Counted from the first letter of the stretch, positions 8,294 through 17,780 are shown. The stretch is DNA of 60,892 nt from an uncultured bacterium (GCA_964429865.1 CAYSDK010000001.1:1-60892), one strand, 5' to 3'. Notes: a model not told the origin generated them from the letters alone. Made by a program: numbers and translations.

Positions 8294-10267
8294 ATGGAGC
8301 GCATCGCCTCGCGGGAGATCTACTGGAACATCCCGGAGCACCTGCTTCTCTACGTGCTGCTCCTGCCTTTCCTTGCTGTCTTCCTGTACGGGTGCTACCG
8401 ACGCTTTGGTGCTCTCCTGCTGGGGAGGAAGGGGGTACGGCTTGGTCAGCCGAAGGAGCGCCTGAAGGCCTTTGTTGCCCAGGCCCTCCTGCAAGGGCGG
8501 ATCGCCACAGAGCGGTATTCAGGGGTCATGCATCTCACCCTTTCCTGGGGATTTCTCGTCCTCTTCATTGCCACCACTCTCGTGGCCTTTCAGGACTACT
8601 TCGGCCTTCCCGTCCTCCAGGGTCGCTTCTACCTCTACTTCATGTCACTCACCGTGGACCTCTTCGGCGTCGCGGCGCTCTTGGGGACGCTGATGGCGGT
8701 CCTCCGGCGCTTCCTCCGTCCTCCGGCCCGCCTGGTGGAGCCGCGGCACGCCGACGGTTTCGGCTGGCTCCTCCTGCTCTTCTTAGCCGTCCTGGTGACT
8801 GGATTCCTCGTCGAGGGGCTCCGGATCATGGCGACGGCCGACCCATGGGGACCCTGGTCACCCGGAGGGTGGGTGACGGCGCTCCTCTTCCGGGGCATCG
8901 GCGTCGAGTATGCCCGGGCCTTTCACCAGGTCCTCTGGTGGGTCCATGCCGCACTCTCGTTCGGTTTCATTGCGGCGATTCCCTATACCGGCGTGCTTCA
9001 TCTCCTCACCGCCCCCGCCAACATCTTCCTGCGAAACCTCGAGCCCTCGGGTGTCGCAAGCCCCTTGGCGGTCGAGGCAGAGAAGCTCGGGGCCTCTTCG
9101 ATTCGGGATTTCTCATGGAAGGCGCTTTTGGATCTATACGCCTGCACCGAGTGTGGCCGATGCCAGGCGGTCTGTCCCGCCTGGACCACGGGAAAGCCCC
9201 TCACCCCCAAGGGGGTCATCCTCGATCTCCGGGACCACTTGACCAAGGTGTACCGGGGCGAGGAGACGCGGCGCATGGTGGGCGAGGTGATCACCGAGGA
9301 TGTCCTCTGGGCCTGCACGACGTGCGGGGCGTGCCATGAAGCCTGTCCGGTCCTGATCGAACCGATTCCGAAGATCCTGGAGATGCGCCGGCACCTGGTG
9401 ATGGAAGAGGCGACCTTCCCGGAGCAGATGCAAGAGACCCTCCGGAGCCTGGAGACGCGCGGGCACCCTTATAAGGGGGTAAGCGCCGGACGGACCGACT
9501 GGACCAAAGGGTTGCGGATTCCAGAGGCGGCGAAGCTCAAAGAGGTCGAGCTGCTCTTCTGGGTGGGCTGTGCGGGCGCCTTTGACGAGCGAGGGCAGCA
9601 GGTCACCCGGGCGATGGCGCAGGTGCTGGAGGCGGCGGAGGTGGAGTTCGCAATCCTGGGCAATGAAGAGCGGTGCACCGGAGATCCGGCCCGGCGGATC
9701 GGGAACGAGTATCTCTTTCAACTCCTCGCCCAGGAGAATATCGCAACACTCAATCGCTACCGGGTGAAGAAGATCCTGACCACCTGCCCGCACTGCTTCA
9801 ATACGATGAAGAACGAGTATGGCCAGTTCGGCGGGGAGTTCGACGTGGTGCACCACAGCCAGTTCATCGCCCACCTGCTGCGGGAGGGGCACCTGGGCCT
9901 GCGAAAACGATTCAGCGGGACGGTGGCCTTTCACGATCCGTGCTACCTCGGCCGCCACAACGGGATCTACGATGATCCGCGGTCGGTGATCGATCACTTT
10001 CCAGGGCTGCAGCGGGTGGAGATGCCCCGATGTCGCGAGAAGGGGTTTTGCTGCGGCGCCGGCGGCGGACTGATGTGGATCGAGGAGCGGATCGGCAAGC
10101 GAATGAATCTTGAGCGAACGGACGAGCTCCTGCAGACGGGAGCGGCGGTGGTGGCCACGGCCTGCCCGTTCTGCCTGACGATGATGACCGACGGCATCAC
10201 CGTGCGCGGGAAGAACCTCGCGGTCAAGGCGTTAGACCTGGCGGAACTGGTGGTGCGCGCGTTGTGA
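8294..10267 (+). CDS. membrane-anchored Fe-S oxidoreductase (NarI/DsrM-like TM domain fused to an HdrD/GlpC-like 2x[4Fe-4S] + two CCG domains); probable Etf:quinone oxidoreductase
   Basis: N-terminal ~250 aa contain several hydrophobic helices with conserved His. Ferredoxin motifs [12 protein letters not shown] and [15 protein letters not shown]-type motifs [16 protein letters not shown] and CPFCLTM. Located immediately after etfBA. Confidence 0.8.
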   Translation: MERIASREIYWNIPEHLLLYVLLLPFLAVFLYGCYRRFGALLLGRKGVRLGQPKERLKAFVAQALLQGRIATERYSGVMHLTLSWGFLVLFIATTLVAFQDYFGLPVLQGRFYLYFMSLTVDLFGVAALLGTLMAVLRRFLRPPARLVEPRHADGFGWLLLLFLAVLVTGFLVEGLRIMATADPWGPWSPGGWVTALLFRGIGVEYARAFHQVLWWVHAALSFGFIAAIPYTGVLHLLTAPANIFLRNLEPSGVASPLAVEAEKLGASSIRDFSWKALLDLYACTECGRCQAVCPAWTTGKPLTPKGVILDLRDHLTKVYRGEETRRMVGEVITEDVLWACTTCGACHEACPVLIEPIPKILEMRRHLVMEEATFPEQMQETLRSLETRGHPYKGVSAGRTDWTKGLRIPEAAKLKEVELLFWVGCAGAFDERGQQVTRAMAQVLEAAEVEFAILGNEERCTGDPARRIGNEYLFQLLAQENIATLNRYRVKKILTTCPHCFNTMKNEYGQFGGEFDVVHHSQFIAHLLREGHLGLRKRFSGTVAFHDPCYLGRHNGIYDDPRSVIDHFPGLQRVEMPRCREKGFCCGAGGGLMWIEERIGKRMNLERTDELLQTGAAVVATACPFCLTMMTDGITVRGKNLAVKALDLAELVVRAL

Positions 10268-10273
10268 TAGTGC

Positions 10274-10322
10274 AGGACTCAGGACTGAGGGATGAGGACT
10301 GAGGGATGAGTGACCTGAGGTG
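10274..10322 (+). repeat. heptanucleotide tandem array A (7 in-phase heptads)
   Basis: The heptads are aggactc aggactg agggatg aggactg agggatg agtgacc tgaggtg. The array ends 4 nt before the ATG at 10327, and the last heptad supplies the SD-like GAGGTG. Confidence 0.85.
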
Positions 10323-10326
10323 ATAC

Positions 10327-11244
10327 ATGAGGATTGTGTCGTTATTGCCCAGCGCGACGGAGATCGTCTATCTGCTGGGACTGGGGGATCACCTCACCGG
10401 AGTGAGCCACGAGTGTGATTATCCCCGGGCGGCGCTTGGCAAGCGCAAGATCATTGCCCCTGCCTTCGAGAGCTCCGGGCTCAGCAGTCAGGAGATCGAC
10501 GGCAGTGTCCGGGCCTTCCTGGGGCGAAATGAGGGGATCTATCGGATCGATTTCGAGGCCTTGAAGGCGGCCGATCCCGACCTGATTGTGACCCAGGAGC
10601 TGTGTGATGTCTGTGCCGCCCCTTACCAGGATGTCGTGGAGGCGGCGACACACCTTTCGCGAAAACCCGAGATCCTTTCCCTGAACCCGCACCGTCTCGG
10701 GGATGTGCTCCAGGATGTCGAGCGGGTCGGGGAGGCGACGGGACGATTCCGCGAGGCAACGCAGGCTGTCGCCTCGCTCACCGAACGGATCGATCGCGTC
10801 GAGAAGCGGGCGGCCAACGCCAAGACCCGGCCACCCGTGGCGTGTCTGGAGTGGCTGGACCCGATCATGGCCTCGGGCCACTGGGTCCCAGAGATGGTGG
10901 CCCTGGCTGGCGGCAGAGAACCACTCGGAAAGGCGGGGGAGCCATCGGAACGGGTGCAGTGGGAGCGGGTCCTCTCCTGTGCACCCGAGATCCTGATCCT
11001 CATGCCCTGCGGCTTTTCCGTAGATCGGACTCTGGACGAGATCCACCTCTTGACCAATCGTCCGGGCTGGGAGGGCCTGCCGGCAGTGAGGCGGGGCAAG
11101 GTCTTTGCCGTGAACGGTCACGCCTACTTCAGCCGATCGGGACCGCGCCTGGTGGACGGAACCGAGATCTTGGCTCATCTCGTGCATCCGGAACTCTTCC
11201 GGGACCCGATTCCGGCAGGGGCAGCAACAACCGTTGACCGATGA
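10327..11244 (+). CDS. BtuF/FecB-type (periplasmic-binding-protein fold, cobalamin-binding-like) protein without a signal peptide
   Basis: It starts directly with the first strand-helix of the fold (MRIVSLLPSATEIVYLLGLGDHLTGVSHECDYP). No hydrophobic or basic leader and no lipobox. 305 aa. Confidence 0.7.
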   Translation: MRIVSLLPSATEIVYLLGLGDHLTGVSHECDYPRAALGKRKIIAPAFESSGLSSQEIDGSVRAFLGRNEGIYRIDFEALKAADPDLIVTQELCDVCAAPYQDVVEAATHLSRKPEILSLNPHRLGDVLQDVERVGEATGRFREATQAVASLTERIDRVEKRAANAKTRPPVACLEWLDPIMASGHWVPEMVALAGGREPLGKAGEPSERVQWERVLSCAPEILILMPCGFSVDRTLDEIHLLTNRPGWEGLPAVRRGKVFAVNGHAYFSRSGPRLVDGTEILAHLVHPELFRDPIPAGAATTVDR

Positions 11245-11298
11245 CCGGGGACCGATGACCGATGACGGATAACCGACGGCCGATGAACGATGACCGGG
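11236..11298 (+). repeat. heptanucleotide tandem array B (9 in-phase heptads, consensus GACCGAT)
   Basis: The heptads are gaccgat gaccggg gaccgat gaccgat gacggat aaccgac ggccgat gaacgat gaccggg. The array spans the TGA stop at 11242-11244 and the first codons of the mutase ORF. Confidence 0.85.
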
Positions 11299-12983
11299 AA
11301 GAGATAAAGCGGATCGAGGAAGCCGCGAGGGCCTGGGAAGCTGAAGTCCTGGATCCCGCGCTCGAGAGGTCGCCCGAGCGGGCCCGGGAGTTCCGGACCG
11401 TTTCGGGGCACCCCATCCGCAGGCTCTATACGCCCACCGATCTCGCCGACTTCGACTACACCCGAGACCTCGGCTTTCCGGGCCTCTCTCCCTTTACGCG
11501 GGGTGTCTACCCGACCATGTACCGGGGCAGGCTCTGGACCATGCGGATGTTCGCTGGGCACGGGGCCCCTGAGGAGACGAATCGGCGGTTCAGGTATCTC
11601 CTGGCACAGGGGCAGACCGGTCTGTCGGTCGCCTTTGACCTGCCCACCCTGATGGGGTACGACTCGGACCATCCGATGTCGCGAGGGGAGGTGGGGAAGT
11701 GCGGGGTGGCCGTCGACTCGCTGGCGGATATGGAGATCCTCTTCGACGGGATTCCGCTCCAGGACGTTACCACCTCGATGACCATCAACTCTCCGGCCGC
11801 GGTGCTCTGGGCCATGTACCTCGCGGTCTGCGAGAAACAGGGGGTGCCCTACGACCGCATCGGCGGCACCCTCCAGAATGACATCCTCAAGGAGTTCATC
11901 GCACAGAAGGAGTACGTCTTTCCCATCGAGCCCTCGATGCGCCTCGTGGTGGATACGATCCTCTTCGGGGCCCGACATCTGCCCCGGTGGCATGCGGTCA
12001 GCATCAGCGGCTATCACATCCGAGAGGCGGGGTCCACCGCGATCCAGGAACTGGCCTTTACGGTGGCCGACGGCATGGCGTATGTCGAGGCCACCATGAA
12101 GGCGGGGCTCGACGTCGATGCCTTCGCCCCTCGCCTCTCTTTCTTCTTTAATGTCCACAACGATTTCTTTGAAGAGATCGCCAAGTTTCGGGCCGCCAGG
12201 CGCGTGTGGGGGAAACTCATGCGAGAGCGGTACGGGGCAAAAGATCCGCGATCCTGGCTGCTCCGGACCCACGCCCAGACGGCGGGATGTGCGCTCACCG
12301 CCCAGCAACCGTACAACAACGTCGTTCGGGTAGCCATGCAGGCCCTGGCAGCAATCCTGGGCGGGGTGCAGTCACTCCACACCAACGCCCTGGATGAAAC
12401 GCGGGCCCTTCCCACCCAGGAGGCGGCGACGATCGCGCTCCGGACCCAGCAGATCATCGCTCACGAGACCGGGGTGACCCACACCATCGACCCCGTGGGG
12501 GGATCGTACTTCGTCGAAAGCCTCACGCGGGAGATCGAGGAGGAGGTCTGGAGCTATCTCCACAAGATCGATGACCTGGGGGGCATGGTCCGGGCGATCG
12601 AGCAAGGCTTCCCCCAGAAGGAGATTGTCGATGCCTCCTACCGGTACCAGCAGATGGTCGAGGCGGGGGAAGAGGTGGTGGTCGGCGTGAACCGGTTCGT
12701 CGCCGGGGCGGAGGAGCCGGTCTCCCTCCTTCGCATCGACCCGGAGCAGATTGCGGAGCAGCAGGTGGAGAGGATTCACCGCCTGAAGGGACGCCGGGAT
12801 AACGGAGGGGTCCAGAAGGCTCTGGACGGCCTCCGAAGGGCGGCAGAGGGGGAGGATCCCTGGGGTCAGGACCTCCTCATGCCTCGGATCCTCGAGGCGG
12901 TGCGGGCGTATGCAACCCTGGGAGAGATCATGGGGGTCTTTCGAGAGGCGTGGGGGGAGTACGTCGAAGCCGCCATCCTCTGA
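11262..12983 (+). CDS. B12-dependent acyl-CoA mutase, large (substrate-binding TIM-barrel) subunit; methylmalonyl-/isobutyryl-CoA mutase family
   Basis: Family motifs [51 protein letters not shown] and LHTNALDE. The start is ambiguous because it lies in heptad array B; an in-frame ATG also occurs at 11283. Confidence 0.88.
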   Translation: MTDNRRPMNDDREEIKRIEEAARAWEAEVLDPALERSPERAREFRTVSGHPIRRLYTPTDLADFDYTRDLGFPGLSPFTRGVYPTMYRGRLWTMRMFAGHGAPEETNRRFRYLLAQGQTGLSVAFDLPTLMGYDSDHPMSRGEVGKCGVAVDSLADMEILFDGIPLQDVTTSMTINSPAAVLWAMYLAVCEKQGVPYDRIGGTLQNDILKEFIAQKEYVFPIEPSMRLVVDTILFGARHLPRWHAVSISGYHIREAGSTAIQELAFTVADGMAYVEATMKAGLDVDAFAPRLSFFFNVHNDFFEEIAKFRAARRVWGKLMRERYGAKDPRSWLLRTHAQTAGCALTAQQPYNNVVRVAMQALAAILGGVQSLHTNALDETRALPTQEAATIALRTQQIIAHETGVTHTIDPVGGSYFVESLTREIEEEVWSYLHKIDDLGGMVRAIEQGFPQKEIVDASYRYQQMVEAGEEVVVGVNRFVAGAEEPVSLLRIDPEQIAEQQVERIHRLKGRRDNGGVQKALDGLRRAAEGEDPWGQDLLMPRILEAVRAYATLGEIMGVFREAWGEYVEAAIL

Positions 12984-13119
12984 TTGTCCATTGACGATCC
13001 AGTGAAAATGCGCTTTAAAGAGAGAAGGCGCTGTCTGCTTCAGGCAGCGGTGGATGACCACAAGCGGGGGGAAGGCGACCGGGGCCCTCTGCCAAGGATC
13101 GCCCCAGCTGAGCGATGCG

Positions 13120-13527
13120 ATGAGTGAAGAACGGAAGATCCGTGTCTTGGTGGCGAAACCGGGGCTCGACGGCCATGACCGGGGTGCCAAGGTGATTGCC
13201 CGGGCGTTCCGGGACGCGGGGTTCGAAGTGATCTATACCGGCCTTCGGCAGACGCCGGAGATGATCGTCAGCGCCGCGATCCAGGAGGACGTGGATGCCA
13301 TCGGCCTCTCCTGCCTCTCGGGAGCCCATATGTATCTCTTCCCCCGGATCGTAGAGCTGCTCCGTGAGCGTGGCGCGGACGATGTCGTCGTCTTTGGAGG
13401 CGGGACGATTCCCGACGAGGACATTGCAACCCTCAAGGAGGCAGGGATCGCCGAGATCTTTACTCCGGGAACCTCGACGTCGGTGGCAATCGATTACGTT
13501 CGGACGCACGTCCGCCAGCGGGCGTGA
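13120..13527 (+). CDS. acyl-CoA mutase small subunit (cobalamin-binding domain)
   Basis: [24 protein letters not shown] contains the DxHxxG B12-binding motif. GVSSL-type SCLSGAH and GGGTIP motifs. The ORF is open from 13054; the start is placed at ATG 13120 by comparison with typical N-termini. Confidence 0.85.
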   Translation: MSEERKIRVLVAKPGLDGHDRGAKVIARAFRDAGFEVIYTGLRQTPEMIVSAAIQEDVDAIGLSCLSGAHMYLFPRIVELLRERGADDVVVFGGGTIPDEDIATLKEAGIAEIFTPGTSTSVAIDYVRTHVRQRA

Positions 13528-13556
13528 CCTTCCGGCGTGAGAGACGGGGAAGTGGG

Positions 13557-14870
13557 ATGAGGCCCGTCTATGCGGTCTCGGGTGGTGTGTGCAAGTTCGC
13601 CAGGGCCCGCCCCGACCTCGACTTCCGGGGGATGGTCAAGGAAGCCTACGATTACGCCCTCACGGATCTCCACCTGACCCCCCAACACGCGCGGGAGATC
13701 GTCGACGGGACGATCTGCTCGTACTTCTCCGACCACTTCACCCGACAACTCAAGGCCGGCAGCATGGTGCAGGATTATCTCGGGCTCTGCCCCAAGCCTG
13801 GCAAGCGCATCGAAGGGGGGGGCGCGACGGGGGGCCTGGCCGTCCAGTCGGGCTGGGAGGCGGTGGCGTCGGGCCGGTTCGATATCTGCGTGGTGTACGG
13901 CTTCGAGACCATGTCGCGCGTCAATACCTGGAAGGGGAACGAGTTCATCGCCTTGGCCTCCGACACGAATTTCGATTACCCCGTCGGCGGCTTCTACTCC
14001 GGATACTACGCGATGATGGTGGTCCGCCACATGAAAGAGTTCGGGACCACCGTGGAGCAGATGGCGCTGGTGTCGGTCAAGAACCATCACAACGCCCTCC
14101 ATAACCCGTATGCCCAGAAACGGAGGCAGATCACGATCGAGGACGTGCGCCGGGCCGAGATGGTGGCCTGGCCGCTGACGATGCTTGACATTTGCGTCAT
14201 GTCGGACGGGGCGGCGGTGCTCATCCTCTGCAGCGAAGACGGGCTCAATACCTTGCACAGGGCCACGGGACGCACCCCGCTCCCTGCCAAGATTACCGGG
14301 GTGGGCGGTGGTCTCGACGCCATGCGGATGGCGGACCGGCCCCACGGGGAGGTGATTCTCCTGCCCCATGAGAGGCCGGAAGACTATCGGGGGCTGAAGT
14401 ATCCCGGGGTTCACTCCTTCCGGGCCGGGCGCGTGGCCGCCAAGGCCGCCTATCAGATGGCTGGAATCACGAATCCCCTTGAAGATTTAGACTTCATCGA
14501 GCTGCACGATGCCTACACCTCCTCAGAGGTCCAGACGTACGAGGACATGGGGCTCTGCAGGTACGGTGAGGGCGGAAAGTTCATCGAGAGGGGTACGCCC
14601 TTCATGCCGGCGGTCGATTACGGGTACCATTTCCCGGAACAGGGCCGGATCCCGATCAATCCCTCGGGTGGACTCATCGCCTGTGGCCACCCGGTGGGGG
14701 CGACCGGAATCATGCAGGGAGTGTTTGCCCTGTGGCAGCTTCAGGGGAGCATCCGCACGCACTTCGGGAGCGATGTCCTCCAGGTGAGGAATGCGAGGCG
14801 TGGAGCGATTCACAGCCACGCGGGCACCGGGACCTACGTGGTGATCTCGATCCTGGAAAGGGGCGACTGA
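13557..14870 (+). CDS. thiolase-fold (SCP-x/lipid-transfer-protein type) protein, apparently lacking the nucleophilic Cys
   Basis: SCP-x-type thiolase features: LDICVMSDGAAVLIL, NPSGGLIACGHPVGATG and HSHAGTG. At the position of the usual -ACASG- nucleophile loop the sequence is RIEGGGATGG. The start is set at ATG 13557, which has an upstream GGGGAAGTGGG SD. Confidence 0.75.
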   Translation: MRPVYAVSGGVCKFARARPDLDFRGMVKEAYDYALTDLHLTPQHAREIVDGTICSYFSDHFTRQLKAGSMVQDYLGLCPKPGKRIEGGGATGGLAVQSGWEAVASGRFDICVVYGFETMSRVNTWKGNEFIALASDTNFDYPVGGFYSGYYAMMVVRHMKEFGTTVEQMALVSVKNHHNALHNPYAQKRRQITIEDVRRAEMVAWPLTMLDICVMSDGAAVLILCSEDGLNTLHRATGRTPLPAKITGVGGGLDAMRMADRPHGEVILLPHERPEDYRGLKYPGVHSFRAGRVAAKAAYQMAGITNPLEDLDFIELHDAYTSSEVQTYEDMGLCRYGEGGKFIERGTPFMPAVDYGYHFPEQGRIPINPSGGLIACGHPVGATGIMQGVFALWQLQGSIRTHFGSDVLQVRNARRGAIHSHAGTGTYVVISILERGD

Positions 14871-14904
14871 TGCTTCCCTGTGTGAGGGGCGAGGGCTCAA
14901 GGCC

Positions 14905-15432
14905 GTGAGCGAGAACCGTGTGCCAGAGGAAGAAGAGGGGGCGGTCCTCTTCAGGGTACCGCTTCCGAAGGACCCGGGGGCGCTCAAGGACCTGACGCCC
15001 CTGATCATCAAGCACCACTATGAGATCGATTACATTCACAGCTACGCGCAGGACAGCCCCTTCTTTGCCGGGCTGGCCAACCAGCGACTTCTGGGGACCC
15101 GGTGCGGCAGCTGCAACTACACCTACGCGACACCGCGAGCGCATTGTATGGAATGCGGGCGACAGTGCGACTGGGTGGACCTTCCCCACGAGGGGCAGAT
15201 CCATACCTTTACCGTGTGTCACTACGGCAGTGAAGAGTTCCTGAAAGAGACCCCCTTCATTCTCGCCCTCATTGAGTTTGCCGGCGTGGATACCCTCTTC
15301 TTGACTCGGGTGGTCGGGCTCGACCCACAGGCCTCTTCGCTCGACTGGATCGGCATGGCCGTCAAGGCCAAATTCCGCCGGCTCTCCACGTTCCGTCCCA
15401 CCGACGTCTATTTCGTCCCCATCGGAACCTGA
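14905..15432 (+). CDS. DUF35 OB-fold / zinc-ribbon protein (thiolase-partner family)
   Basis: Zinc ribbon CGSCNYTYATPRAHCMECG followed by an OB-fold-like region. This is the typical pairing immediately downstream of an SCP-x-type thiolase-like gene. GTG start. Confidence 0.75.
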   Translation: MSENRVPEEEEGAVLFRVPLPKDPGALKDLTPLIIKHHYEIDYIHSYAQDSPFFAGLANQRLLGTRCGSCNYTYATPRAHCMECGRQCDWVDLPHEGQIHTFTVCHYGSEEFLKETPFILALIEFAGVDTLFLTRVVGLDPQASSLDWIGMAVKAKFRRLSTFRPTDVYFVPIGT

Positions 15433-15494
15433 GTCCCCGTTCGAGCCGAGGGTGGAGGGGTAGTGGGGCGGACCGAAAGCTGTCCTAATGGCAG

Positions 15495-15570
15495 GCAAAA
15501 ATACTTAATATTAAACATGAATGAATGATATATAAGTATTTGTATAATGTGATACTTATACTAGTCAATG
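15495..15570 (+). promoter_or_regulatory. AT-rich promoter/operator region upstream of the acd-meaB-CoA-transferase genes
   Basis: An AT-rich island in GC-rich DNA. TATAAT at 15543-15548. A 9-bp inverted repeat tataagtat (15531-15539) / atacttata (15552-15560) brackets it. An extra half-site atactta lies at 15501-15507. Confidence 0.5.
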
Positions 15571-15600
15571 AAGATCTAAGCAGGCCGCGGAGCTTGAGAC

Positions 15601-16752
15601 ATGGACTTCACGCTGAACGAGACGCAACGGGCAATCCAAGGGGTGGTCAGAGACTTTGCACGCCGGGAGATCATTCCGAAGGCGGCGGGGTACGATCAGC
15701 GGGAGGAGTTTCCTTGGGAGATTATCCGAGGTGCGGCGAGCCTCGGCCTTCTCGGGATCCTGGTGCCGGAGGGGTATGGTGGGGCCGGGATGGACTACGT
15801 GAGCTACGTGGCTATCCTCGAAGAGCTCGGTCGGGCCGATGCCTCTGTTGCCCTCACCGTCGAGGCGCATAATTCGCTAGCCGTCAACCAGATCCTCCTC
15901 TTCGGAACCGAGGAGCAGAGGCGGCGGTATCTCCCCCCATTGGCGAGGGGAGAGATGCTTTCGGCCTGGGCCCTTACAGAGCCGAGTTCGGGAAGCGACG
16001 CGGCCGCGATGCGCACCACGGCCGTCCGTCAGGACGACGCCTATGTGCTCACCGGGACCAAAAACTTTATCACCTCCGGAAGCATCGCCGGGGTGTATGT
16101 GGTTCTAGCCCTCAGCGACCCGACCCGCGGCTCCCATGGCATCTCTGCCTTTATCCTGGAAAGGGGGGCGCCCGGATTCTCTGTGGGTCGGCGAGAGAAG
16201 AAGCTGGGGGTCCGCGCCAGCGACACCGCCGAGCTCATCCTGGATCATGTGCGCCTTCCGGCGGAGAACCTCCTGGGAAAGATGCACCATGGGTTCATCG
16301 ACGCCCTCCAGGTCCTGGACGGCGGGCGGATCGGCATCGCCGCCCTGGCCGTCGGGTTAGCCAGGGCGGCCCTGGAGGAGAGCATCGCGTACAGCAAGCA
16401 ACGGGTGCAGTTCGGCCAGCCGATCAGCGCATTTCAAGCCATCCAATTTAAGCTCGCAGACATGGCGACCGCCATCGACGCCGCGCGTCTCTTGACCTAC
16501 CGCGCTGCCCTGCTGGCAGATCAGGGAAAGCCCTTCACCAAAGAGGCGTCGATGGCCAAGGTCTATAGTGCCGAAGCGGCCGTGGCGGCGGCGATCCAGG
16601 CGATCCAGATCCACGGGGGGTACGGGTACACGGTCGAGTATCCGGTCGAGCGCTATCTCCGGGATGCCAAGCTCTGCGAAATCGGTGAGGGCACCTCGGA
16701 GATGCAGCGCCTCATCATCGCGCGAGAGATCGTGGGCCGGGAGTATGTGTAA
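15601..16752 (+). CDS. acyl-CoA dehydrogenase (second, paralogous short/branched-chain type)
   Basis: ACAD motifs [18 protein letters not shown] and [13 protein letters not shown]. Paralog of 5347..6486. Confidence 0.9.
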   Translation: MDFTLNETQRAIQGVVRDFARREIIPKAAGYDQREEFPWEIIRGAASLGLLGILVPEGYGGAGMDYVSYVAILEELGRADASVALTVEAHNSLAVNQILLFGTEEQRRRYLPPLARGEMLSAWALTEPSSGSDAAAMRTTAVRQDDAYVLTGTKNFITSGSIAGVYVVLALSDPTRGSHGISAFILERGAPGFSVGRREKKLGVRASDTAELILDHVRLPAENLLGKMHHGFIDALQVLDGGRIGIAALAVGLARAALEESIAYSKQRVQFGQPISAFQAIQFKLADMATAIDAARLLTYRAALLADQGKPFTKEASMAKVYSAEAAVAAAIQAIQIHGGYGYTVEYPVERYLRDAKLCEIGEGTSEMQRLIIAREIVGREYV

Positions 16753-16841
16753 GGGGAATTTCTCCTCGACAGGGTTTGGGATCCTGTGCTACATGTCAGG
16801 CATCATGTCCGCAAGCCGTGGAAGCGCGACGGGGATGATCC

Positions 16842-17780
16842 GTGGAGATCGTTGAAAGGATCCGACGGCAGGATGTCCGGGCGATCGCCCGTCTGATGTC
16901 CCTCGTCGAGAATAATGCCCCCGAGGCCACCGCCGCCCTGAAGGAACTCTACCCGATCACCGGACAGGCGTTCATCGTGGGGATCACCGGTCCACCGGGC
17001 TCCGGGAAGAGCACCCTGACCGATCAGCTCACGAAGGAGTTTCGCCGGGACGGAAAGACCGTCGGGATCATCGCCGTGGATCCCACCAGCCCCTTTACGG
17101 GGGGGGCGATTCTGGCCGACCGCATCCGGATGCAGCAGCACAGTCTCGATGCAGGGGTCTTCATCAGGAGCATGGCCACGCGAGGGCACCTCGGGGGGTT
17201 AGCCAAGGCCACGGGCGACGTGGTGAACGTGCTGGATGCGGCGGGGAAAGAGCTGATCCTCGTGGAGACCGTCGGGGTGGGCCAGGATGAGGTCGAAGTG
17301 GTCAAGACGGCCGATACGTGCGTCGTTGTCAGCGTCCCCGGTCTCGGGGACGATGTTCAGGCGATCAAGGCCGGGATCCTGGAGATCGCCGACATTTTCG
17401 TGGTCAACAAGGCGGACCGCGAGGGCGCGGACAAGACGGTGACAGAGCTCCAGGCCATGATGGGACTTGGCCCGGGGCGTTCGGACTGGAGCCCGCCCAT
17501 CCTGAAAACGGTCGCCACCCAGGGGCAGGGCATCGCCGAGTTGGCGCAGGGAATTTTCGCCCATCGGGCCCATCTGGACCGACGGGGCCTGCGGCAGATG
17601 CGCCAGCGCGAGCGGAGTCGTGCCCTCTTCCTCGAGCTGCTCCAGGAGCAGGGGACCCGGCGCCTGCTGGAGCGGGCGAGCGCCAACGGAACCCTTGAGC
17701 AGACGATCGAGCGCATCGCCAAGCGAGAGATGGACCCGTATTCCGCGGTCGAAGAGCTGCTCGCCAAGGCGGGCCTTTGA
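16842..17780 (+). CDS. meaB: MeaB/ArgK-type G3E GTPase (B12 mutase chaperone)
   Basis: P-loop GITGPPGSGKSTL, ETVGVGQ switch and VVNKADR motifs. GTG start with a GGGGA SD. Confidence 0.88.
   Translation: MEIVERIRRQDVRAIARLMSLVENNAPEATAALKELYPITGQAFIVGITGPPGSGKSTLTDQLTKEFRRDGKTVGIIAVDPTSPFTGGAILADRIRMQQHSLDAGVFIRSMATRGHLGGLAKATGDVVNVLDAAGKELILVETVGVGQDEVEVVKTADTCVVVSVPGLGDDVQAIKAGILEIADIFVVNKADREGADKTVTELQAMMGLGPGRSDWSPPILKTVATQGQGIAELAQGIFAHRAHLDRRGLRQMRQRERSRALFLELLQEQGTRRLLERASANGTLEQTIERIAKREMDPYSAVEELLAKAGL

Noticed and set aside
8044-9339. A 431-aa same-strand alternative-frame ORF overlapping etfA and the Fe-S oxidoreductase.
   Set aside because: It has a low-complexity Pro/Arg/Gly composition. 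The overlapping frame encodes well-defined Etf and Fe-S motifs.
10268-13119. A cobalamin riboswitch upstream of the BtuF-like gene or mutase subunits.
   Set aside because: No B12-box-like core (e.g. GCCACTG in a conserved context) was found in the spacers. The spacers are occupied by heptad repeats or unstructured sequence.
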